IMG/VR virus record: IMGVR_UViG_3300002835_000092
Source of the DNA: an uncultured virus (IMG/VR IMGVR_UViG_3300002835_000092)
Taxonomy: Duplodnaviria > Heunggongvirae > Uroviricota > Caudoviricetes
DNA: 64,000 bases
Strand: one strand, 5' to 3'
A program made the translations under genes and the position numbers. Of this stretch, positions 45,701-52,226 are shown piece after piece. The notes under the pieces were generated by a model, which was not told the origin of the DNA, did no database searches, and was given only the letters and a program-made list of their open reading frames with translations. Within the stretch, counting starts at the first letter, position 1. Every line of letters begins with the position of its first letter.

Positions 45701-46623
45701 ATACTTCTGTAAAAGATTTATTGAATCAGGTGGCAAATACTGAATTATCAGCAGAATATTCTCATATAACAGAAGCTGCTAAATGGTTATTACCTATAAT
45801 TGGAAATGATAAATTAGTATTAGATTATAATTTAGATGCAGCAGGAAGAACAACAAAAAATAGTAAAGATGTTACTTTAAATCCTACTCATACATTAAAT
45901 GTATCAGATGATAAAGCAGCTATGACTTTATTACATGAAGTTATTCATACTGTTACAGTTAAAGAATTAAGTAATTATTTTGATGAAGCAGGAAATGTAA
46001 AAGCTGATGCTCCTAAACATGTTACTAATCTTGTAATAGTATTTAATGAATTTAAAAAATTGTTACAACCAGAAATAACAGCATTAATAGAGAAAAAAGC
46101 TCTTATAGATAATGCTAAAAAAACTGGTCAAACATTACCTTCTAATACTGAATATACTGAAAGAGAATTAGGTTTAATCTATGCTGGTACTAACATTAAA
46201 GAATTTATTACAGTTGCTTTAACATCTCCAATGTTTCAAGAAGAGATGAATAAAATACAATATAAAGCTACTGATAAATCTTTATGGGCAAAATTATCTG
46301 ATGCTATTTTAAATTTATTAAATAGTGTTTATCCAGGATTGATTAATAATAGTGTAGCTAAAGAATCTATTATGGCTTCAATGCAATTTATTAGAATGGA
46401 AAATAATTTTAGAGAAATTGAAAGTGTAGAAAATATACCTAATGATGTATTTATGGAAATGGAAAAAACTCAAGCACAAAGTATTCAGTATGCTCCATTA
46501 TCTGATAAAAATCAAGTTCAGTTTACTATAGGAGATAATGGTTTTGCTGAAAATGATATGATTGAAAATAATTTCCCTATCTTTGACCAAAATAAAAAAG
46601 AAGACCCATTTAATTGTAAATAA
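33718..46623 (+). CDS. Virion-packaged double-psi-beta-barrel RNA polymerase polyprotein with C-terminal zincin
   Basis: GLDYDIDK catalytic motif (43063-43077) preceded by RTP; STDAQ; HEVIH (45934-45948) plus KEFIT; architecture of crAss-like vRNAP (phi14:2 gp66 has DFDID). Confidence 0.88.
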   Translation: MLPPKRKSASLDFLNQSIENKKKTFSSQVVNNQQNNTANVSQEELTSQDMSLGNVSAGTLDMMYKSSTERETEDFFNSKAKKEAEKLAKAKTLDDNGVLAELKNKVGEEKAIEFLDIDEKIKEKRKKSIDFIDDNGVNIFAPIYKLHDYFADDENKWGKTAKEEKEYNDLITYRDNKIMPVMNEVKESFKNRFKEIEEKAKKYRDAKLKDDAQIVYHKDGSVGPKASVPDRLTGYQKNTSEDNYTPYQEEVNYNIAKKNYEEVIETLEDYTTGNTGFWSGFGTQSKDLKSLGLYSIAKDIKSIPIIEKQNRIINEVTKNTDKNGNVKKGYVPSETLTDSEQAVIESIAKKQNIEARDLMHDNRLYRTGKGVATSAVMMEQMIATAPIGGPIETAVGKFVARDAIGLTLNTALQQGGKKLALKMIGGELAGGTASLAVQGLVNPMTYGGYAKDQIGNVEISHDENGKEIYLTSQAIYNKYKKDFSLKNVQIDSQINKLSKNKTEENLAKIEELQGMKDSLADELSLIQPHSKFESALFGYSEYLKEAFAERFVGEALGPLGKLAKSESTMLGRGLTKLSESKIGKGLSVINDKFVKGRNAMNNLALGKISTQAIAHTGQMNMLDSLPGEVLEEVFTALVPTYGQDYGKQLEQLSDSEFYEDVIAQTLIMNGAMGSVGMGMRANNFRLDKKAISKIYRDIDASTTDEDLATHINMNTSGSLYSPLEYDAMITKLRDNGKIEQANKLEKTKFERLAAHAIRTGTITNFQETLDKVLLKPDTEISAETKLNIQLAKKRIDELKQVYDAHSEKQNFGTIFNLAEKKLANKQTIEELDKHIVENKQNAKEEIDAFITREGIKIDYSIDTLLDRQFENEEDQQKYNSFLDKLEKENLLAVENHKNATMLKDTLNSNQSILLKNYNDQVHPLYQKKMEEKKAILQDYNSIVEQIKQEGSENAEFNYQNELQETPVLIESIVEKLKQKDITGENKDFINDLKEQKLQELKVKQEQVHKEKIAKSIKDLLAQRQEKIDAGEVVPENEPYITIVDEDAKEEHTSSVAGNLQTMETVFSLDDNSTTINNDPVFIADDFNDMIGNTSSFTPQQSSVAKKIVLEDVNKVKNLLNRNISFREYMSHLDEIVNNKEQLKKLFDGYVEGWKQNNFEADDYNQVYMDLFNPLASLGTNASLMAQMFEQQVPIEEANTFVELEEKVEEIKKEVAQREVTTVGYDEENIPIQKTAVNEIESKRTLTITPKLGFSSIAYVEVIENGILVRKTIGNELNHKFGDLIDFRELLHPDMHPSGSKLGVKIAPESLWSQITVSDGRNAQGAAQTTTFDKWLSEKEKQNPNFRNTQEFMNKVPVFYTNSAGKELAYVQDTDWYNTFNIGNPFGDSSNPNLPTQEWINHINEGKLNAQNLRNSIANGLTEVTINKPSDGIFYEIPMTEPKITLNEANPQTIVTVQIGEDLYMGNQIFNAGKLLNKDKSGNEGKFDFNSVGHTWEVRRIGTTLNDKGEIVPTYRAYPVGRVVSNEQIETARFAMAAHLALKKDASWTRHLKGTIYEMTYEKAKSIQKDVHTQMGLDIENGNEIVQFIKTYFQDNIAGDNLGQYKKGLFDENVMNNVSQHTNNKLLNNRNVKSIVHITREGVTPLNQTYDNYLKNNLLTNIKSFNIDDTGKNPTYVTMIQPIITVDYKEVEKPATKNIEARQEAAATVVEQLKTSVPFNLEKHTEFLNDLGIDPNDFDESNDMIANTDKLANIFNVSGDLSITQEKNVRQFIYHKIGNKVSFGYKNKISKEAIQNDIKSELNLHLNKIEKQVLSMLSEIKNQDNTNGALNHYIEAYNQTLKNIKDIKNNYETIYNKAFADIQKQTQLTLNEKEESDIEQDDVELSVKDYSKDSIEESGKAKASYRLRRFLSEIPVFDSKGVAQKGYLGIPLYMSFNDVYNELSKVLALGSEVKSDYNTIIAKMKQSNNAFVKSVLAKLENADQQIKNELVYNFVRHTLSSKFAMYENTKNNGVSLKIYNTNANEATRIIAKNWKNENKSSGLYNKNQSLNVQYAQSLLDEFNKWDRQDYRKVPENDLRKWLSKIGYTFEDTSWNQIYNEGIFNAGKQNSFNVLYSQNAGGLFIPLKNWLEKAIVNPADFSFDSKESVFNDLAGVTKALSLIEAKYNPTLITLSFRDSGKNISTLVPTKYVTDMVQNLKRSISEDGNNLVDDLLSLSLSENSIILDMLKNEPTFKSMFEISHTSITAFKEKGEQPYRASITDLSDIDYDMAGITGFQDRKIDKLPKGTKFEGISMRMANMLFPTMSDKTTGMYMTTAIFDFLKDGKIDGMFNLTEEGVVQGIGPTVKTLLFNQLVLPELKRIIKFHTEVKATNIKDYDKGATLFHFLPIMNTLKDEDGLNIVNKLALTGITIDEAIEKYQSTFEDAIEGVIKKEVEHKKGMWSNYLEVNKEGNSYSKMFDNNYFKEEGKNPSTDYDLAVYDFVLNNMITNSEVFKVFAGDIANYSKDKLYKEEGKSVNPFDIKDDKTYVSINKEIGVNLGKRLALLIAPGSKIANSYGEKYNQIFLEDSIDISENSEYLIKNYYGKKGLDEAQPLLDKYKKAAEILNKHEQGILSLNSVRYNAINKTLSDIRKSLANKFPAIDAYFDIESTDAQEYSTATEHISILHRIGRISDEEFKVITNKLLTEGEKGYLTKEELKLVFQPIKPVHTGTYTNINQDVNRVVYIKSSAFPLIPQLTAGTKLDALRLKMEELETNTGRFTRASFQTANKVGATIKTVKPFDTNSLSTIKNYNADDINTNMLVLNRDNFRIQQDVPFKSDKHQDDKVSMGTQFFKLLFGDGVIDKEGFTIDGKELTGKELYQHFNKAFSDIVDSKKQELFLDLGLDTNGQIKNEQNFVKNLQDLLIKEATSRGYSVKSLAGLKIEKLAAAAGFYYEFKTPLWLSSDSNRYESLLNSIITNKIMKHKMPGNGFVAGSESGFRMKENLEGVDKSRIIYLDSYNGKELQGTHTSTDENGIVFHKAQVFIPSKFKNDKKELIDLFEGFNGKEGKYLTRRENGTLTLKEGMIDPALFNNFSFRTPTSSHKSGSSIEIAGILPPEVGDLMIVPKNFTKQKGLDYDIDKESAYQLNHIMTNDGKIKVLENSDIEDITRSLTNKIEEFNLENTSASAKSNFANELFRSFIAGKGSLLDEESLETLLLPQVDIVEKINRLELQLKRKLAENEFIKSHLAIFNNPNLDIQNKINSVLSIDFAKSQAEQLEKLNEAGYRNKMIAEYMAKDATLSDLKANEMYEADQLNFTMLTNSYQKSKMNLGAIGKVAIGVYANYSTFNALLQQHQGEDIYIQDDLGNPKTIQIGHFISDGKLGAIQHIEPTGLSESKLKEWREKHQRNISEAFDEKINTGTDNEKEQVLGRVGVDEFTINVDANTALRGFGKDENGNSISYLLLSQPIIKELNQRRKESKGVLGEFINDKKLINDLIESYGANSEFVFELGTGMVSEGTDKNQGALGKTSDTSALTGTKMLEGIENNGKDRAMQLLALDVYLTLEEEAKKVAKVQKVINTNTLGKSMIESQLKYEGLKKLPDNGVITNAHLLIGDYSDTSENQSGGYMIGNYYVTPRTPQGQIVINGLHLGNTLYRDFFPYQDKSINDVVKEILKIQGKEENISDNAIIENFEEIVENIKKLIYSRKGNNVFNIDPKAKRYELFIDDENNTSLSTYLKDLSKNDDKQFKKGIKEMSQNALLKSFQYETGLGEDELSLIKYNNTATDNLDEENLYNAIPELVMANKQLPFRNGQPYSTADLAEDLVAYSFLQGGIQKATEFAKFVPIEMLESMGQYQGDVFMAANQKLQMFNTKHNSSINLFGKVLGIKEDSMSTFTKQYFQHNPSKAPKANFKNVKNKKQNSFEYNVEDKKYPALLSVKDNKRNMPVSVSLFEHIGNGLYQKIDTLGNMGVSEYEFGNDNVSSIKNLKKNVTPNIATDDNIANVSKKTFKVDENTSVKDLLNQVANTELSAEYSHITEAAKWLLPIIGNDKLVLDYNLDAAGRTTKNSKDVTLNPTHTLNVSDDKAAMTLLHEVIHTVTVKELSNYFDEAGNVKADAPKHVTNLVIVFNEFKKLLQPEITALIEKKALIDNAKKTGQTLPSNTEYTERELGLIYAGTNIKEFITVALTSPMFQEEMNKIQYKATDKSLWAKLSDAILNLLNSVYPGLINNSVAKESIMASMQFIRMENNFREIESVENIPNDVFMEMEKTQAQSIQYAPLSDKNQVQFTIGDNGFAENDMIENNFPIFDQNKKEDPFNCK

Positions 46624-46629
46624 AAGATT

Positions 46630-49600
46630 ATGAGTTGTAATCCATTAAATAATGTAAAACAAGACCTTGTAGATAAAGGTCTTGTTTCAAAGGAAAAAAG
46701 CTATCTGGTAGATGAAAAGAACTACACAGAGGTTGAACAATTAATTAAAGACTATAATGAATTAGCTAAAGAAAAATATGGTTTTACAGATGAATTGATG
46801 ACTTTGAATCATGTGAAAACACCTGATGCAAAAAATGGTCATATAACAAATTTTCATATAAAATACAATGCTGAAAATTTTCAAAAATTTGAAAAAGTTT
46901 TAAATGATTATAATGAAGCAAGAACAAAAGCTGAAAAAGATTTAAGAAATGAAGGTAGAAAAATTCAAAATTTAGATGATGAATTAAATGATTTAGCTCC
47001 AACATTTACAGAAGATGATTTTGAAGATATGCCAAGTAACAGTACAAATACTCCTGTATCAAAAACTGTTATACAACCTAATTATAATGATGTTCTTGAA
47101 CACAAAAGAAAATTACTTATTAATGTTGATAAGACTATTACCAGATTATATAATGATAAAAGATTACATGATTCAGTTGAAATAACTAAAAAATTAGCTA
47201 AATTCAATTTAATCAAAGATTCTTTAGAAAAAGATATTAAAGATTTTAATAGTAACATTGATAAAGTTTCATTAATCAGAGATTTCTTTGAGAAAGATAT
47301 TCAGACCATAAATGAACTATTAGCAAATCCTACATTAGATAATGTATTTTTAGCAAAAACTATGTTTGATTATTTAGAAAAAACTAAAAAATCGGAAGCA
47401 AAAGATACTGATGTTTTTGCATTAAATAGCAAACAAGAGTTTGAAAAAGAAGTACAAGATATAATTGATTATATAGAAACACATTTAGAGAAAACTAAAA
47501 ACAATATTGATGAAACAGTAGATAATATATTCTTACAATTATTAGAAAAGAATGAAGATAATTTATCTAAATTATATCCTGGTTTAACTTTGGAAGAAAT
47601 TAAAGAGGAATTATTAAATAAATTACAAGATATAAACAAAGTTGAATCTTATTTCTTTACTCAAGGTACTAATTTATTATCAGAAAATAATATTATTGAC
47701 CAATTGATTACATTAGAATATAAGAGAGAAAAACAAACTCAAAATAATAAAATTCAACCTATTATTGAAAGTATTAATAATGGTCTTCCTGCTATTGAAG
47801 AAGAATTAAAAAGACAAGGTAAATTCTTTACATTTAGAAAAAAAACAGTATTTGATTACAACTGGTTATATAGAAAAGATAAAATTGCTGAACCAGAGCT
47901 AATTAGTAAGTTTTCAAAAACTTATGAGAATACTATACATAATCTTCAAAAAAAATATCAAGAAGATTTGTATCAAGCAAGAAGTCAAAAAGATTGGGCA
48001 GAAGTAGAAAGATTATTAAAAAATAAATTCAATGATTTGAATGATAAGGTAGAATTTCTAAACTTTACTTTATTACATGATATTTTTGATGACCCTATTT
48101 ATGATAGTTTTAAAAGAGGAACAACTCAAGAAGCTGATAATTATAAACAAGAAATTATAGCAAAAATAGGACAAGAAGAATATGAAAAAGCTGTGGAAAA
48201 TCAAAGAAACTTATTAGATAAGTATCTAAATGAAGCAGGTTTAATTATACAAGCCAAATTGGCAGATGAAAATGTAAATGACCAATCTCAATTATCAGCA
48301 GTAGCAAAAGAAAGTATAGAAAATTCATTACAAAGAATCAGTCCTCTTGCCTTCCTTGATTCTTTTTATGCTGGTCAATCTGGTATGGTAGAACTTAATT
48401 ATGGTACTCAAAAAGATGCAAAACCTTCTTATATAAAATTTAATGGTTATATTCCTAAAGTACAAAATAATTTAGGAATAGATACAGGATTTTTTGATGA
48501 AAATTTTAAAGACATTGAGAACAATCCAATTATGTATGATTTCTGGAAAAGAATGAAACAAGGTGTAGAACTAATAAATGAAAATCTTGTAGATTCAGAT
48601 TTAAAAGTAAAACACAATTCTATATTGAGTTTTAAAGAAGGTATAACTAAACAAGTATTAGATAAATCATTTAAAACACAGTTGAAAGAAGCATTTAGTA
48701 AATACACTAATTTACTTGGTTTATTTAAAAGTATAATTAGTGCAAAGAATTATAAACATAATGAATCAGAATATGTTCAACTTGCACATCAAATAAAAAC
48801 AATAGAAAGTGAGGTAAGTAAAGATTTTGCTTTATTAAAAACTGATGTATCTAATATTTTAGGTAAAACCTTGATGGATAACACAGTAATACATTGGAAC
48901 TCCTTATCTTTAGAACAACAAGATAAAATACTTGCTGTTACAGGTATGCAAAATGCTACTGAATTTTTAGATAATTTAGATTCTACAAATGGTATATTTG
49001 GAGCAGGAGATTTGAAAATATTTTCTAAAATAAAGAATATGGAACAACAATCTTTGAATTTACCAGCAGTAATAAAAGGATTGTTAGAGTTATCAGCAGA
49101 CCATAAAGCAAGAGCAGCATCAAAAAATGAGACAAACATTTATAGAATGAAAAGTGCTGACATTTTGACAAAAGATAATGGTTGGCATCAAAAAAAAGAT
49201 GATGTAAGAGAAAATGAACTAAAAAGACAAGATTTCTTCTATGAAAAAGTAATTCTTAATAAAAATCAAAAAGACCATCCAGGAGGAGTAAATAATATTA
49301 GTACAATATTAAGAACCTCATTAAACAAAGAACATTTTAATGCTCCTGTTGTAGGTAAAATATTTTATAAGAATTTCAATAAAGAAGAAAAAGGTATCTA
49401 TGATTCAGCTATTGAGAGAATAAAACAGTTAGAAAATGAAATTTCTCAAACTACTTCTCCTAAAAAAGTTGAACAATTAAATATTGAAAAAGCTGCTTTA
49501 CACCAAAGAATTGAATTACTTGGTAAAGACTATATGATTAGTGCTTTATTTGATAATATAGTAAATAAATTAAGAGTAAAAGTAGGTTTAGGATATAATT

Positions 49601-51378
49601 TACTTGCTGGAGTAAATAACTATAAACAAGGTTTTATTACTACATTAAATAGAGATGGAGTATTCTGGCAAAGAGGTAATATTTATCCTGTTCAACATTT
49701 TGTTGATTTAGGTTCAATAAGACATGTTAATCCTACCTATAAACAAAAATGGGAAACAGCTAAATTATTTATAGAGAAATTAGGTATTGTTGAAACAGGA
49801 ACTAATGAATTACAGAAAGCAGAAGCTGAAATAAAAAATAGAGCTGGTTGGATGCAACCTATGTTTATTACAGAAAAAGTAGAATATCGAAATCAAGCTA
49901 AAGGTATATTAGCTATGGCTATGGATGTTGAAATAGAACATGCTACTGAAAAAGATGCTAATGGAAATCCTGCTAAATATCCTTTATTTAATGGTAGTGA
50001 TTTTATACCTTATGTTAATAACAATGGTGTTTTAGAATTAAAACCTGAATTTGATACTCCAACAAATAGAGAACATTTAATTACTATGACTTCAAAAAAT
50101 ATTTCTGATTGGAAGTTAAATGTTAGAGCTATGAATAATAGTATGAATGGAGATTATACTAAAGAAGGTGTTACAAGAATTAAAGGTAGCTTATTTACAA
50201 GACCATTAATGACTTTTAAAACTTGGATTCCAGAATACATAGGAGCAAGATGGAAATATCAACAAAAAAATGTTCTTACTGGAGAAATTGAAACAGGTTT
50301 TATGTTATCAAGTTTACTTAATAAGAAAACTTCTGTTGCTGCTGGTTTAATGTTAGCAACTACAGGAGCATTAGGAATGGTAACAGCTTCACCTATTTTG
50401 ATTGCTGGTTTTGTTGCTTCTTTAGGATTTGGATTTGGTTATACAAAATATATAGCACATAAAAATAGAAACACAACATTAGTTAATAATACTGAACCTA
50501 TTGCTATAGTACAACAAGCAATGTATTGGTTAAAAATGATTAATCCTGTTGCTTTAGCTGAAATGCCTATAAATACTATATTTGGTAAAGAACTTATAAA
50601 ACCTGTTGAGTTTAAATCTGAACATAATCTTACTGACCAAGAAAAGAAAGATTTAAGAGCAATGGGTAGAAATATGCAACATTTAGCTATACTTATGTTA
50701 GTTAAGATTGCTATTCAAGCATTTCTTAAAGATAATGAAGATGATGAACCAAAAGGAGAAGAAGGTACAGAACAAAGAGCTAAATATGAAGCTCAAAAAT
50801 TAAGAAGAGCAGAAGGAAATCATACTTATAATTTTCTTGAAAATATGATTACTGGTACATTTAATGAATCTTCATTTGGTACAGACCCTGCTGCTTTATG
50901 GAAAGCTGGTTCAGAAGGTGGTATTGAAGGACAATTAAAAAGTATAATAAAGTTAGGTGTTGCTTTATGTAGTCCTACAGAAGAAATTCAAAAAGGACCA
51001 AGACAAGGACAAAATAAATTAAGAAATGCAGCAGCATCAATGTTTGTACCTGCTTTATTTAGAGATTTAGGACATGATACTTATAGATTTGGATTTGAAA
51101 ATTCTATGCTTACTGAATGGGATAAATCAGAAGGATTAGATGGTATATTTAATTCTGACTTTAAAGATGATAAGAAAGAATTGAAAGAAGAAAAACAATT
51201 AAAAATACAAGAACTTCTTGAAGAATATGAAACAGAAAATAATGTAGAATATGATGAATTACCAGAAGTAGAACAAGATGTAATTGATAAAGAAATTAAA
51301 GAAGAACTTGGAGATGAATTTAAAATAGACAGAGATAATTATGATGAAGAGCAAAATAAATCTGTAGATGAAGAATAA
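46630..51378 (+). CDS. Large virion cargo/ejection protein with membrane segment
   Basis: 1582 aa, helical; hydrophobic stretch VAAGLMLATTGALG...LGFGFG; acidic tail. Confidence 0.6.
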   Translation: MSCNPLNNVKQDLVDKGLVSKEKSYLVDEKNYTEVEQLIKDYNELAKEKYGFTDELMTLNHVKTPDAKNGHITNFHIKYNAENFQKFEKVLNDYNEARTKAEKDLRNEGRKIQNLDDELNDLAPTFTEDDFEDMPSNSTNTPVSKTVIQPNYNDVLEHKRKLLINVDKTITRLYNDKRLHDSVEITKKLAKFNLIKDSLEKDIKDFNSNIDKVSLIRDFFEKDIQTINELLANPTLDNVFLAKTMFDYLEKTKKSEAKDTDVFALNSKQEFEKEVQDIIDYIETHLEKTKNNIDETVDNIFLQLLEKNEDNLSKLYPGLTLEEIKEELLNKLQDINKVESYFFTQGTNLLSENNIIDQLITLEYKREKQTQNNKIQPIIESINNGLPAIEEELKRQGKFFTFRKKTVFDYNWLYRKDKIAEPELISKFSKTYENTIHNLQKKYQEDLYQARSQKDWAEVERLLKNKFNDLNDKVEFLNFTLLHDIFDDPIYDSFKRGTTQEADNYKQEIIAKIGQEEYEKAVENQRNLLDKYLNEAGLIIQAKLADENVNDQSQLSAVAKESIENSLQRISPLAFLDSFYAGQSGMVELNYGTQKDAKPSYIKFNGYIPKVQNNLGIDTGFFDENFKDIENNPIMYDFWKRMKQGVELINENLVDSDLKVKHNSILSFKEGITKQVLDKSFKTQLKEAFSKYTNLLGLFKSIISAKNYKHNESEYVQLAHQIKTIESEVSKDFALLKTDVSNILGKTLMDNTVIHWNSLSLEQQDKILAVTGMQNATEFLDNLDSTNGIFGAGDLKIFSKIKNMEQQSLNLPAVIKGLLELSADHKARAASKNETNIYRMKSADILTKDNGWHQKKDDVRENELKRQDFFYEKVILNKNQKDHPGGVNNISTILRTSLNKEHFNAPVVGKIFYKNFNKEEKGIYDSAIERIKQLENEISQTTSPKKVEQLNIEKAALHQRIELLGKDYMISALFDNIVNKLRVKVGLGYNLLAGVNNYKQGFITTLNRDGVFWQRGNIYPVQHFVDLGSIRHVNPTYKQKWETAKLFIEKLGIVETGTNELQKAEAEIKNRAGWMQPMFITEKVEYRNQAKGILAMAMDVEIEHATEKDANGNPAKYPLFNGSDFIPYVNNNGVLELKPEFDTPTNREHLITMTSKNISDWKLNVRAMNNSMNGDYTKEGVTRIKGSLFTRPLMTFKTWIPEYIGARWKYQQKNVLTGEIETGFMLSSLLNKKTSVAAGLMLATTGALGMVTASPILIAGFVASLGFGFGYTKYIAHKNRNTTLVNNTEPIAIVQQAMYWLKMINPVALAEMPINTIFGKELIKPVEFKSEHNLTDQEKKDLRAMGRNMQHLAILMLVKIAIQAFLKDNEDDEPKGEEGTEQRAKYEAQKLRRAEGNHTYNFLENMITGTFNESSFGTDPAALWKAGSEGGIEGQLKSIIKLGVALCSPTEEIQKGPRQGQNKLRNAAASMFVPALFRDLGHDTYRFGFENSMLTEWDKSEGLDGIFNSDFKDDKKELKEEKQLKIQELLEEYETENNVEYDELPEVEQDVIDKEIKEELGDEFKIDRDNYDEEQNKSVDEE

Positions 51379-51403
51379 AAAAAAGTAAAAGTGAGGTAAT
51401 AAA

Positions 51404-51453
51404 AAATGCACACATTTTCCGAAAATATAGTAAAATGGAAAATGTGTGCATTT
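51404..51453. terminator. 17-bp perfect inverted repeat between convergent transcription blocks
   Basis: AAATGCACACATTTTCC / GGAAAATGTGTGCATTT. Confidence 0.75.
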
Positions 51454-51533
51454 ATATTGTGTAAAAAACTACTCATTAGGGTGAACATCTTTTAATTATA
51501 GGATTCCTACCTATCCTAAATCTTGTAGTTTAG

Positions 51534-51606
51534 TGGGAAGACCAGGAGTTGAACCTGAATGGCTGGTTCTTCAAACCAGTGCATTGACCACCTATGCTAT
51601 CTTCCC
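51534..51606 (-). tRNA. tRNA-Phe(GAA)
   Basis: Cloverleaf: GGGAAGA/TCTTCCC acceptor, CTGGT-TTGAAGA-ACCAG anticodon arm, TTCAACT T-loop; no encoded CCA. Confidence 0.9.
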
Positions 51607-51704
51607 TTATAAAATAATAAATACCGAATTAATCAAAATTCTTATGTTGTATTGCTTCCAACCACTCATACAAAACCATTGGGTAGGTTATTTATTATTT
51701 TTTG

Positions 51705-51776
51705 TACTGCATAGGGGATTTGAACCCCTGACCTCACATAGAAAGTGTGATGTGATAACCCCTTCACTAATGCAGC
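51705..51776 (-). tRNA. tRNA-Glu(TTC)
   Basis: GCTGCAT/ATGCAGT acceptor, TCACA-CTTTCTA-TGTGA, AGGGG-TTCAAAT-CCCCT. Confidence 0.88.
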
Positions 51777-51782
51777 AAATTG

Positions 51783-51853
51783 TAAATCTAACTGGATTTG
51801 AACCAATACAAACAGCTCCAAAAACTGTTGTGCTACCATTACACCATAGATTT
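51783..51853 (-). tRNA. tRNA-Gln(TTG)
   Basis: AAATCTA/TAGATTT acceptor, ACAGT-TTTTGGA-GCTGT, ATTGG-TTCAAAT-CCAGT. Confidence 0.88.
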
Positions 51854-51943
51854 AATTTGATATACTATTTTTCCCATTAATTGTAGCCTATTTAGTTTAT
51901 CCACAGTTGCTTACTCCGTATATCAGGGAACACTATCTGTTTG

Positions 51944-52015
51944 CTGATGATGTAGGACTTGAACCTACAACCTTCTGATTAACAGTCAGATGCTCTACCA
52001 TTGAGCTAATCACCA
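51944..52015 (-). tRNA. tRNA-Asn(GTT)
   Basis: TGGTGAT/ATCATCA acceptor, GCTC-AATGGTA-GAGC, TCTGA-CTGTTAA-TCAGA, GTAGG-TTCAAGT-CCTAC. Confidence 0.92.
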
Positions 52016-52025
52016 ATTTATTTTG

Positions 52026-52094
52026 TGGGAGTAGAAGGCATCGAACCTACTATTTGAGCTTTTACAGAGCTGGTTTCTCCAAAGAATTACTCCC
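52026..52094 (-). tRNA. Atypical tRNA-Tyr(GTA)-like gene
   Basis: Perfect GGGAGTA/TACTCCC acceptor, AGCT-CTGTAAA-AGCT arm, TTCGATG T-loop; shortened D-arm, no long variable arm. Confidence 0.6.
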
Positions 52095-52130
52095 AAAACA
52101 AAAAATCCTCTATGTCAGTAGAGGATTTTT
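52095..52130 (-). terminator. Intrinsic terminator directly upstream of the tRNA cluster (attenuator terminator)
   Basis: Minus strand AAAAATCCTCTA-CTGACA-TAGAGGATTTTT-TGTTTT. Confidence 0.85.
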
Positions 52131-52150
52131 AAACAAGATATAAATATTAA

Positions 52151-52222
52151 TTATACCAAATCATCCTCCTTGAGATTGCTCTCATGGTTAAAATTGAATT
52201 GATATGATTGATTTGTTTTCAT
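52151..52222 (-). CDS. Leader peptide MKTNQSYQFNFNHESNLKEDDLV (23 aa; not in the ORF track)
   Basis: ATG...TAA, 72 nt, starting 4 nt after a TATATTTG promoter element; overlaps the antiterminator strand. Confidence 0.7.
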   Translation of the reverse strand: MKTNQSYQFNFNHESNLKEDDLV

Positions 52223-52226
52223 GCTG

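Noticed and set aside
1426..49139. Short antisense or alternate-frame ORFs within large + strand genes (e.g. 4641-4838, 8322-8546, 27446-27754, 48789-49139)
   Set aside because: They overlap well-supported genes and have shadow-ORF composition.
51533..51880. 115-aa plus-strand ORF
   Set aside because: It is the antisense of the tRNA-Phe/Glu/Gln genes.
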